41,905 bases of DNA, taken from a virus. Below, piece by piece: positions 33,650 through 41,249 of this stretch. The stretch's first letter is position 1. Every line of letters begins with the position of its first letter. The notes under the pieces are model-generated. The model did not search any database. It saw only the letters and a program-made list of their open reading frames with translations, and had not been told where the DNA came from. Position numbers and translations under genes: made by a program. The DNA is taken from the IMG/VR virus record IMGVR_UViG_3300029684_000017, positions 1-41,905 of that record; one strand, written 5' to 3'.

Positions 33650-33952
33650 TCATTTTTTAACAGGCTCTCCGCCATTCATGAGTCGAAGAACGTCCCGGCG
33701 TCTCCACTTGTTAACGCCGCCGATCCGAACTGATTTAAGATACCCTTCTTCATCCCATCGACGCAGGCTTCGTGGCGTGGTCGACAAAAGGGTCGCCACC
33801 TCGTCGGCATTAAGCATGCGATCCATCAGCAAAGATTCCTTCTCCTCCCTGGCATCAGCCATAGTTTGCTTATGGAAGTCCAGCAAGTCTTTGCCTGAAA
33901 TAACAAACAATCCCTTCCCTTCTTTGAGTGCTTGCAATAATATATCCTCCAT
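33650..33952 (-). CDS. Excisionase-like / MerR-type HTH protein
   Basis: LNADEVATLLSTTPRSLRRWDEEGYLKSVRIGGVNKWRRRDVLRLM. Start taken at MEDILL, 7 nt after the upstream stop. Confidence 0.6.
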   Translation of the reverse strand: MEDILLQALKEGKGLFVISGKDLLDFHKQTMADAREEKESLLMDRMLNADEVATLLSTTPRSLRRWDEEGYLKSVRIGGVNKWRRRDVLRLMNGGEPVKK

Positions 33953-33959
33953 ACCTATA

Positions 33960-34205
33960 TCAAAATAAAGGCAGCTCTTGCTGCCATCCGTCAATATGTT
34001 CCCGTAAAATCTTTTTGAAGGTTCGCCACAAATGCGGCAATGACCTATGTTTTTTGAAGTGATATTTGAAGTCGTGGTCGTATTGGGCCCCGAGTTTCCG
34101 ATCCGTGTCCACAATAAGCTGCATCAATCGCCCCCTCGAATAGCTTATATGGACCTCGGAATCGTCCCGCTGGCCGCCTCTGCGTTTTTCTTTCTGCTCA
34201 CCCAT
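33960..34205 (-). CDS. Hypothetical basic protein (81 aa)
   Basis: ORF tightly upstream of the xis-like gene. Confidence 0.5.
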   Translation of the reverse strand: MGEQKEKRRGGQRDDSEVHISYSRGRLMQLIVDTDRKLGAQYDHDFKYHFKKHRSLPHLWRTFKKILREHIDGWQQELPLF

Positions 34206-34335
34206 TGTTTTCCCGAATTAATCACTACCTTTACGTTGTGAGCGTAGGGGGTGATTCTTAGGGATTGCCTCTTTTTTATTTACAATTCAATACTGAAATG
34301 TTTTATGATCACATCCAATTTTGAATTTACAAACA

Positions 34336-34800
34336 CTAAATATAATTATCCATTTCATTCATTTTGGCGATCAAGGCGTCGGCAAACCCTGCCGCCACGC
34401 TGACTGCACTGGATAGTCCGTATTCATGCTTGACATCCGAAGCGAGTATTCCCTGCATTGCCTGCCCGGCAAACACCCGCAGCCAGTACTCGCGGTCAGT
34501 TGTCAAGTTTTTCTTAACAACTGGATTTTCAACTGTCAAGTTTTCTTTGACACTTGGGGTGTACTCTCCCCTCTCCAGCTTCTCCAGATAGTCGTCGTCG
34601 CGCATCATCAATTTACGGGAGCCCCTCGGTGAAAGATGCCCGTCTTTACTACAAGGTGTTATCCGAGACCTACGGCCGATATAGATAAGTATTGGATACA
34701 AGCGGCTTCGCCCATTAGTGATTATAATCTCAACAGGGCACCCGTACTGCGTACACACCGCCGCTCCTCGTTTGGCGGCCTCCAAATCGAAATCCTTCAT
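34336..34800 (-). CDS. Hypothetical protein (154 aa)
   Basis: ORF. Confidence 0.7.
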   Translation of the reverse strand: MKDFDLEAAKRGAAVCTQYGCPVEIIITNGRSRLYPILIYIGRRSRITPCSKDGHLSPRGSRKLMMRDDDYLEKLERGEYTPSVKENLTVENPVVKKNLTTDREYWLRVFAGQAMQGILASDVKHEYGLSSAVSVAAGFADALIAKMNEMDNYI

Positions 34801-34869
34801 AATATATTTAATTTATAAAATTATAAGGTTAAGTCGAGCCAAAGACGTAAAGGTTATGGGAATGAGTTA

Positions 34870-35070
34870 TTGACCACGTTGGAGAATATTGCTCGCGGGT
34901 TAGGTTGTGACTCATGTGTTTTATGGGTTGATAAGTCCGCATGGATGCATGATTGGTATAGACGCCGGGGATATGAAGATTATGCCGATTACGATGATCC
35001 GGTTTTTGTGTGGATGTGGAAACCGTTCACATTCTTAAATACAGCAATAGACTGTCCACTATGTCGATAG
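34870..35070 (+). pseudogene. Possible acetyltransferase (GNAT)-like C-terminal fragment without a proper start
   Basis: The track ORF begins at a TTG. LGCDSCVLWVDKSAWMHDWYRRRGY resembles a GNAT C-terminal motif. Opposite strand to all neighbours. Confidence 0.25.
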
Positions 35071-35127
35071 AGAACCGCCTTGCAGCACCTGTGCAGAGTT
35101 ACGTGTAATTTTAAGTCGAGCATAATG

Positions 35128-36003
35128 TCACTGAATTGACCTCCACTGATAATTAATCGGATCGCGCTTCAAAATGTCCATCCATTGGGCAACATTACGG
35201 CAGTCGATAAGATCGACGCTCCCGTCCCGCTTGTCCCGCACAAGGCGTGGCAGATAGCAGAATATCTCTTCTATGGCGTCAGCGGTAGCACGACAGTCTG
35301 AGTCAGCCTGAATGTCGTGCCATTGTGGCATAGAAGAAACTCGATACTCCAAATCGGCAATCTCCTCAGCTTGCTTATCTAATGCCCGCTCGTATGCAGC
35401 TACTGTCTGCGGAGCAATATCTTTTGCCTTGCCGATGTTGCGCCAATAGCGGCGAATCCAATTCCACATTGCATAGTAGAACTTATCCCGCATATCCCGC
35501 CGGTGCAAATCAGCCTGCGTGTCGTACTTGGCCTTGTGAAGGCATGGAGCGGACTTGATGCAGCTGAATGTGCCCGAATCGGTGATATACATCAGCCCTG
35601 CGAACTTCGGGCATTCAGCCTCGGAGATGATTCCCTCCGGACAGACATACCAAAAGTAATTAGGCTTCTGCATCGGTTCCTTGCCGCACTCTATACCGTA
35701 TTTGTCGTAGCTGTGGTATTTTGCGACCGTCATATCCTCTCCTCCCAGCAATCGCATTTTCTCCTGCTTGTGGGCAGACTCATTCAGAAAATCTGAATGG
35801 CTGATCTTGATCTCACACTCGTACACATATCCGGCTTTTGAAATTGCCAAGTAATCAGACTCCCAAGCATAGAAAAATAAACCAATCATCTCAAATGCAG
35901 GCTGCGTCAAGATTGGATGATTCTCATATAAGGCCCGCTGAATACTATCCTCCGTGTATTTCTGCTTCTGTGCGACTACACCCCGTCGACCTCTAATTCC
36001 CAT
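35128..36003 (-). CDS. PD-(D/E)XK nuclease-like (MmcB-like) protein with a C-terminal extension
   Basis: ESDYLAISKAGYVYECEIKISHSDF (D...ExK) and PNYFWYVCPEG motifs. Confidence 0.55.
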   Translation of the reverse strand: MGIRGRRGVVAQKQKYTEDSIQRALYENHPILTQPAFEMIGLFFYAWESDYLAISKAGYVYECEIKISHSDFLNESAHKQEKMRLLGGEDMTVAKYHSYDKYGIECGKEPMQKPNYFWYVCPEGIISEAECPKFAGLMYITDSGTFSCIKSAPCLHKAKYDTQADLHRRDMRDKFYYAMWNWIRRYWRNIGKAKDIAPQTVAAYERALDKQAEEIADLEYRVSSMPQWHDIQADSDCRATADAIEEIFCYLPRLVRDKRDGSVDLIDCRNVAQWMDILKRDPINYQWRSIQ

Positions 36004-36012
36004 ACAATCAAT

Positions 36013-36636
36013 TTATTTTACCAACTCAAATTCATAAGCTGTAACAAATGGATTAGATTCCCAAGTCCCAGAACCAGAAATCATATCAGTCAATGAGGCA
36101 AAAGCATCACGAGGTGTACCACCAAGCCATTCACGTAAAGTATTCGTGATACCGAGGCTTACATAAAACATACGGGCTTTATGATCCCACTCAAGGCCCT
36201 CCTTGATGCAATCTTCGTCCGATATATCCTGCAACCGCTCGCACTTGATTCCGGTGATGCGGATTCGGTGTGGCATAAGCTCTGCTTTGGTGAACATCTT
36301 GTTATTCCACCCTGCAAGGTCCTGCACGATTTCGAGGGGTATTTTATGCGCTTTGGCCACATAAAGCAGAAATGTATCGACATCCGGATGCCCGGCGGCA
36401 ATCGTCGAATATCTCTGTGCCACAGCCACGACTTCGCCAACCTTATAGCGGGTATACTTCGAGTGCCTGACATCAATAAAATCCCCGTATTCGTTTTCAT
36501 AAACCAAGGTGTCGCCCCTCGTGTCCCACGTAAGTCCGAAGAACTCATCAGGAATCAACCGTCGCGTCATGGTCTTTCGACCCTCGATAACCGCCTGCGT
36601 CAATCCATAGCGATCGTTGAAATTGATCTTCTGCAT
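36013..36636 (-). CDS. ASCH-domain-like protein
   Basis: GRKTMTRRLIP, ERLQDISDEDCIKEG and WESNPFVTAYEFELV, the pattern of phage ASCH/PUA-like proteins. Confidence 0.6.
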   Translation of the reverse strand: MQKINFNDRYGLTQAVIEGRKTMTRRLIPDEFFGLTWDTRGDTLVYENEYGDFIDVRHSKYTRYKVGEVVAVAQRYSTIAAGHPDVDTFLLYVAKAHKIPLEIVQDLAGWNNKMFTKAELMPHRIRITGIKCERLQDISDEDCIKEGLEWDHKARMFYVSLGITNTLREWLGGTPRDAFASLTDMISGSGTWESNPFVTAYEFELVK

Positions 36637-36638
36637 AG

Positions 36639-37049
36639 TTATTTCTCCTTAAAGTGTTCGACAATCTCCTCGGCCGTAGCCTTGCGCGGCGTCTTGCCAT
36701 ACAACATAATCCATCCAACGATATTAGCCTCCTTGACTATGCACTTCTCAAAATGGCCCAACTCATCAATGAACCACTGCTCCAGGTCGTTCTCGTCGTT
36801 CATAGCCGCCAGTGCTTTGAATAGCTCGATGTTTTCGCCACAATCGATAAGACCATAAGATACAAGCCCAACGGACGTATTACATGATACCACATCGGCA
36901 CAACCATCATCCAGACCGGCGGCTACAATCGAATTAGTCTTATCAATTCGATATCTGCCCGCATATTCTATGGCAAACATCCATCTAAGCAACTTGGCTC
37001 GCTCCTCCACATCCTCGACGCGGACAAAGCACGGGGTGGTGAATTTCAT
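36639..37049 (-). CDS. Hypothetical protein (136 aa)
   Basis: ORF. Confidence 0.7.
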   Translation of the reverse strand: MKFTTPCFVRVEDVEERAKLLRWMFAIEYAGRYRIDKTNSIVAAGLDDGCADVVSCNTSVGLVSYGLIDCGENIELFKALAAMNDENDLEQWFIDELGHFEKCIVKEANIVGWIMLYGKTPRKATAEEIVEHFKEK

Positions 37050-37050
37050 T

Positions 37051-37290
37051 CTATTCTTGTCGTTTTAGATTGTTTGTTCTGTTGATCTCTGCGGCAATAG
37101 CCTTGACGGTCTTGCCACGGCCTCGGCCATTGCGGCGCACACGTTCTATTTTCTGGAATCGCCGAATAACTCCCGTTGGTTGAAGGTATTCATCAAGACC
37201 TGAATAGGAAACAATTTCATTAAGCCATTCCTTTACGTCGAATCCATCCGGCGGTCCCTGCCAAATGCCGTCAATCAAAAAGTTTTTCAT
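37051..37290 (-). CDS. Hypothetical protein (79 aa)
   Basis: ORF with ATGA overlap. Confidence 0.65.
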   Translation of the reverse strand: MKNFLIDGIWQGPPDGFDVKEWLNEIVSYSGLDEYLQPTGVIRRFQKIERVRRNGRGRGKTVKAIAAEINRTNNLKRQE

Positions 37291-37562
37291 TCCTTGCTAA
37301 GTTTTTGGATAAATCGGACTTTCGCTCCGCATCTGATATTACCATCAGCCCCAAACGAACACCCTTTGGGGCAATTTGCGGCGCAAAACGCCTCGATTGC
37401 TTTCGTCTGCATCCGCTCCTCGGCCTCCTGCTCGGCAATTTCGATAGCGGTAGACACATCCCATCTTGACACGACCAACTCGCGCCCTCCGAATCTTTCA
37501 GCATACTCTTGTGCCGTACACGTGGCATATGTAATGTATTCCTTTGCTTTTTCGCTTTTCAT
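37287..37562 (-). CDS. Hypothetical Cys-rich protein (91 aa)
   Basis: ORF. Confidence 0.65.
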   Translation of the reverse strand: MKSEKAKEYITYATCTAQEYAERFGGRELVVSRWDVSTAIEIAEQEAEERMQTKAIEAFCAANCPKGCSFGADGNIRCGAKVRFIQKLSKE

Positions 37563-37587
37563 GGCTCAATCGTTTTCATCGTTATCG

Positions 37588-37725
37588 TCATCGGGATAGC
37601 TCACATCCCATATACCCGCAGAACGTCCGAATATATTCCGATTTACCACAAACCGAACATATTCTCATTTCTTCGCATATTTGTGCAGCTTCCCGCCGCA
37701 GTCGTTTCAGTAGGCGTGTTTTCAT
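37588..37725 (-). CDS. Hypothetical small Cys-rich protein (45 aa)
   Basis: Hand-translated MKTRLLKRLRREAAQICEEMRICSVCGKSEYIRTFCGYMGCELSR. ATGA overlap with the upstream gene. Confidence 0.45.
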   Translation of the reverse strand: MKTRLLKRLRREAAQICEEMRICSVCGKSEYIRTFCGYMGCELSR

Positions 37726-38045
37726 TTCAATTCAAATTGCATTTGTTTATTGCGAAAACCTGCTCCCATACAAGCCAAACCGATGTCATTGTTCGAGAAT
37801 GTCGTTATTGGATTCGCCGTGCAAGGGAGCGACTGAAATAGGCACCAATCCCCATCGCAATGTTCACAATTAAGGCAATGTTCCTCGGGGGTACCCCACC
37901 ACTCAATGCTTTCGGGATAACCGCTATCGCGGCTCAACTGTTTCCATGTTTCCCAGCGTTCACGGCGTAGTTTATCCGACATGTCGGCTTTATGCTCTCC
38001 GAACAATTCGGCCCATCGAATACCTAATGTTACCGGTTTCATCAT
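37722..38045 (-). CDS. Hypothetical Cys-rich protein (107 aa)
   Basis: ORF containing CLNCEHCDGDWC. Confidence 0.65.
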   Translation of the reverse strand: MMKPVTLGIRWAELFGEHKADMSDKLRRERWETWKQLSRDSGYPESIEWWGTPEEHCLNCEHCDGDWCLFQSLPCTANPITTFSNNDIGLACMGAGFRNKQMQFELK

Positions 38046-38431
38046 TTAATCAACTTTGCATGTAAACCATCAATCTCATACTCACGGTCGCATTTATTGC
38101 AGATGATTGGCCCATCCTCATAAACCGGGTCTTCCAATTCTTCCCAAACGTCGGTATAATTAACACCCCTCGCCTGAATCTTATTTCCGCAAATGCACGT
38201 GAACTCACAGACGACTTGATACTTAATATCTTCCACATGAATGTATACATCCAACTGGCCATCATCGGCGTCCTTTTCCCGTTGTGTGCATTCGCGATCG
38301 ATCTTCTGCAAAAGCGCGATTTGTTCAGGATTACCGATTTCAGGTTTTACCTCTACATCCCCACGCATAAACTTACCATCCACGAGGCGCAACGGCTGCC
38401 CAATGCTTGTTACATGATATTTCATCTTCAT
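38042..38431 (-). CDS. Hypothetical zinc-ribbon-like protein (129 aa)
   Basis: CICGN ... CNKCD cysteine pairs. Confidence 0.65.
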   Translation of the reverse strand: MKMKYHVTSIGQPLRLVDGKFMRGDVEVKPEIGNPEQIALLQKIDRECTQREKDADDGQLDVYIHVEDIKYQVVCEFTCICGNKIQARGVNYTDVWEELEDPVYEDGPIICNKCDREYEIDGLHAKLIK

Positions 38432-38438
38432 TATTATT

Positions 38439-39317
38439 TTATTCGCATAGTCCGTAATAACTCATGCAACTCGTCGCCGTGTCGTCGTCGAACAAACTAC
38501 CTGTGGCATTCTGCCATTCGATATAGCGCACGACATCGTAAATGAATGCGTGCTTTTCGCTGCTGTTGATCGCACGCTGGGGAATCGTACCATCGACAAA
38601 GAAAGGTGATTGCAATTCTTTCTCTAAAACTGCGATTTGGTCGATTCGTTCGGGCGACTGCCGCGCAATGTTCAGTATGTCCCGATGCACACTCATTACG
38701 CACGGCCAGCACCCGACGCGCTTGTAGCCCATGCGGTAGAGGGGATTCGGCTCCAGCCCGGCAGCGAGGATATAATCGATGACCTGCTGCGCCGACCAGT
38801 CGAACACGGGGCGCAGCAAATCGTCGGCATACTTTTTCCGGAAAGTACAGACATCCTTTCCCCGGTAGGTGTGGTATTTCGGCTTTCCTGCTTTGTTGTA
38901 ACCATACGGCTCAAAGTAGTATTTGAAGTAGGTGCATTGCTTACTCATAGCCGCCCGTCGTGCAGATTCCGCAGCCCGGATGCCCTGAATCATCAACAAG
39001 TTGTCTTGCACCTCGTCCAGCACATAGTCAATCGTAGGCATGGTTTTTAATTCACCCGTGCATGAACGGAACCGCGGAGAGGGCCATTTCCCCTGCTTCT
39101 TTGCAAGAGCGACCATCCCGTCGTACTTCTTCGACTTCAATGTTACCAGGTCGAGGTGCAACTTGTCGGCTATCCGGTGGATGTACTCATACGTCAGCGG
39201 ATGTTCCCAGCCCGTATCGCAGAATACGGTCGTGAAATTCTTGGTGATATGCTCCCGGGTCCACAACAGCGCCGCAAGGCTGTCTTTTCCGCCCGAAAAG
39301 GTGACGATGACTTTCAT
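38439..39317 (-). CDS. PAPS-reductase-family PP-loop protein
   Basis: MKVIVTFSGGKDSLAAL (SGGKDS PP-loop) and C-terminal KRVGCWPC. Start at the internal ATG 39317, 10 nt below the upstream stop. Confidence 0.85.
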   Translation of the reverse strand: MKVIVTFSGGKDSLAALLWTREHITKNFTTVFCDTGWEHPLTYEYIHRIADKLHLDLVTLKSKKYDGMVALAKKQGKWPSPRFRSCTGELKTMPTIDYVLDEVQDNLLMIQGIRAAESARRAAMSKQCTYFKYYFEPYGYNKAGKPKYHTYRGKDVCTFRKKYADDLLRPVFDWSAQQVIDYILAAGLEPNPLYRMGYKRVGCWPCVMSVHRDILNIARQSPERIDQIAVLEKELQSPFFVDGTIPQRAINSSEKHAFIYDVVRYIEWQNATGSLFDDDTATSCMSYYGLCE

Positions 39318-39327
39318 AGCTTTCGTG

Positions 39328-40320
39328 TTAATACTCCACAGCCGCCCGGCGGTCGATGAAGAAGTGGATACCCGGAGCACACTCGTTCCAACGGTTATCG
39401 TCAAAATCGGAAACCTCGATGGTAGCGCCGACCGCATACACGAATTTTTCGTCATGATCCGAACAAACCGTCTCGATGTCGGCTTTGGTTCCATCGACAT
39501 TCTGAATCTCCGCCACATAGGCTTTGTCACAGCGACATTTTTCGCCTCCGGCAGAGCTGCGGCGGGCATCCTCCGGGATTTGCAACTTCACGACATATCC
39601 CGAAGCCTTTTTCCATCCGATAAAACTGCCGTCGGTAGGACAAGCCATATAGCTACCTCGGGCTCCGCGCAGGTCGGCTACGCGCAGGTCGGCTCCGCGC
39701 AGGTTGGCTCCGTACAGGTTGGCTTCGTACAGGTTGGCTCCGCGCAGGTCGGCTCCGCGCAGGTTGGCTCCGCGCAGGTTGGCTCCGTACAGGTTGGCTC
39801 CGTACAGGTCGGCTCCGCGCAGGTTGGCTCCGCGCAGGTTGGCTCCGTACAGGTTGGCTTCGTACAGGTTGGCTTCGTACAGGTTGGCTCCGCGCAGGTC
39901 GGCTCCGCGCAGGTTGGCTCCGTACAGGTTGGCTTCGTACAGGTTGGCTACGCGCAGGTCGGCTCCGCGCAGGTTGGCTCCGCGCAGGTTGGCTCCGTAC
40001 AGGTTGGCTCCGCGCAGGTCGGCTCCGCGCAGGTTGGCTCCGCGCAGGTTGGCTCCGTACAGGTTGGCTTCGTACAGGTTGGCTCCGCGCAGGTCGGCTA
40101 CGCGCAGGTCGGCTCCGCGCAGGTCGGCTCCGCGCAGGTTGGCTCCGCGCAGGTTGGCTCCGTACAGGTCGGCTTCGTACAGGTTGGCTCCGCGCAGGTC
40201 GGCGTCGCCTTTCAATGCCTCCGCTACCGTTTTGGCGAGCGTATTATCAACGCTCGAATACTCGAAAATGATAGAACCTGTCCAGCGGTTCTTAATCGAT
40301 ATTTTAATCTCTTTGCTCAT
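39328..40320 (-). CDS. Pentapeptide-repeat protein: 36 consecutive A(D/N)L(R/Y)(G/E/V) units plus a C-terminal globular domain ending CAPGIHFFIDRRAAVEY
   Basis: Direct reading of the 330-aa ORF. Confidence 0.9.
   Translation of the reverse strand: MSKEIKISIKNRWTGSIIFEYSSVDNTLAKTVAEALKGDADLRGANLYEADLYGANLRGANLRGADLRGADLRVADLRGANLYEANLYGANLRGANLRGADLRGANLYGANLRGANLRGADLRVANLYEANLYGANLRGADLRGANLYEANLYEANLYGANLRGANLRGADLYGANLYGANLRGANLRGADLRGANLYEANLYGANLRGADLRVADLRGARGSYMACPTDGSFIGWKKASGYVVKLQIPEDARRSSAGGEKCRCDKAYVAEIQNVDGTKADIETVCSDHDEKFVYAVGATIEVSDFDDNRWNECAPGIHFFIDRRAAVEY
39661..40200. repeat. Coding tandem array of 36 x 15 nt (GGCTNCGNNCAGGTY), with 11 of 15 positions invariant
   Basis: Counted directly. 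Only positions 5, 8-9 and 15 of the unit vary. Confidence 0.95.
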
Positions 40321-40341
40321 AGTTGTTGGTAGTTGTGATTG

Positions 40342-40755
40342 TTATCTTCCGAAAACGATACAGGCGGCATCCCTCGAGTGTTCTGAGGTCCTACCTTGCC
40401 ACTTTGTAAAGACCCTGAATTGCGCCGCCGATAGCTTCGTGCGGTTGTTCTTCGGGGGCACCATCCGATATTGCAGCCCCTGCTCCATACACCAGTCCTC
40501 CCAGATGCGGCTGTCGCGCTTCACGGAGCCCGCGCCCTGCAATTTCTCCCGCCCTGAGTGTCCGAACCACTTGCGCTGCCGGGCATCCTCGATGAACAAC
40601 CGGATGTTGTCTTTTCCGAGGATGTCCGCAAGCATCTTCACGCGCTCCATTGCCTGGGTGATGGTGTACGTGGAGACCTCGGCGAGATATTTAGAGTCTG
40701 AATGCCATACGGCGAAGCCTGTATGCACGCCCGTGTCAATGCCGATGTACGTCAT
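40342..40755 (-). CDS. RuvC-like Holliday-junction resolvase
   Basis: TYIGIDTGVHTGFAVW, LFIEDAR, GAGSVKRDSRIWE and SEHSRDAACIVFG motifs. Confidence 0.7.
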   Translation of the reverse strand: MTYIGIDTGVHTGFAVWHSDSKYLAEVSTYTITQAMERVKMLADILGKDNIRLFIEDARQRKWFGHSGREKLQGAGSVKRDSRIWEDWCMEQGLQYRMVPPKNNRTKLSAAQFRVFTKWQGRTSEHSRDAACIVFGR

Positions 40756-41249
40756 AGCTCGTCCGGGATATGATACCGTGCCTTGTCCACTTTGAGCACC
40801 CAGCTGGGTTTCTCGGCCCCATTGATGCGTATCGGAGCGTAATCGTCCGTGCTGCCGCCGTTCCGAGCTACTTCATTACACATCGCAGAATACGTCAGAA
40901 TCCGACATTTCACATCAATGCCCAGGATGTCGGCGATCGTCAGCCGTTTGTACGTAAACGTGTCCAGTACCCTGTTCAGGGCATATTCCAGCCGCTTCCC
41001 GCTCATCCCCGTCTTCCCGATACGCTCGGCAAGGATGGAGAAGAATTCGCTCGACATATCCGGGAAACATACGGACAGCTTATGCACCGCCGTGGCGATA
41101 TGTGCCGTCGATGCCGGAGGCCCGGCAAGTACGGATACCTCCTCACTCCCACTCTTGGCGAGTGTGAGCGCGAGAGATTCCTTCGGCGACAGCCCGAGCG
41201 AGTTCATCAGGGCTTGGGGGTTGATTCTTTGTACTTCGTCCATAGTCAT
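40752..41249 (-). CDS. Hypothetical replication-module protein (165 aa)
   Basis: ORF with ATGA overlap downstream. Its 5-prime end overlaps the replication gene by about 107 nt, so the start is uncertain. Confidence 0.55.
   Translation of the reverse strand: MTMDEVQRINPQALMNSLGLSPKESLALTLAKSGSEEVSVLAGPPASTAHIATAVHKLSVCFPDMSSEFFSILAERIGKTGMSGKRLEYALNRVLDTFTYKRLTIADILGIDVKCRILTYSAMCNEVARNGGSTDDYAPIRINGAEKPSWVLKVDKARYHIPDEL

Noticed and set aside
39661-40200. Possible CRISPR array or non-coding satellite.
   Set aside because: The 15-nt units are contiguous with no spacers and sit in frame within a 330-aa ORF encoding canonical A(D/N)LXX pentapeptides.
39040-40795. Long plus-strand ORFs 39040..40332 (430 aa) and 39704..40795 (363 aa) with (VQVGSAQ)n and (RRLAPY)n repeats.
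   Set aside because: They are antisense or out-of-frame readings of the pentapeptide-repeat array. They run through the neighbouring minus-strand genes (PAPS reductase, RuvC-like). The minus-strand frame gives a recognisable protein family with proper flanking domains.
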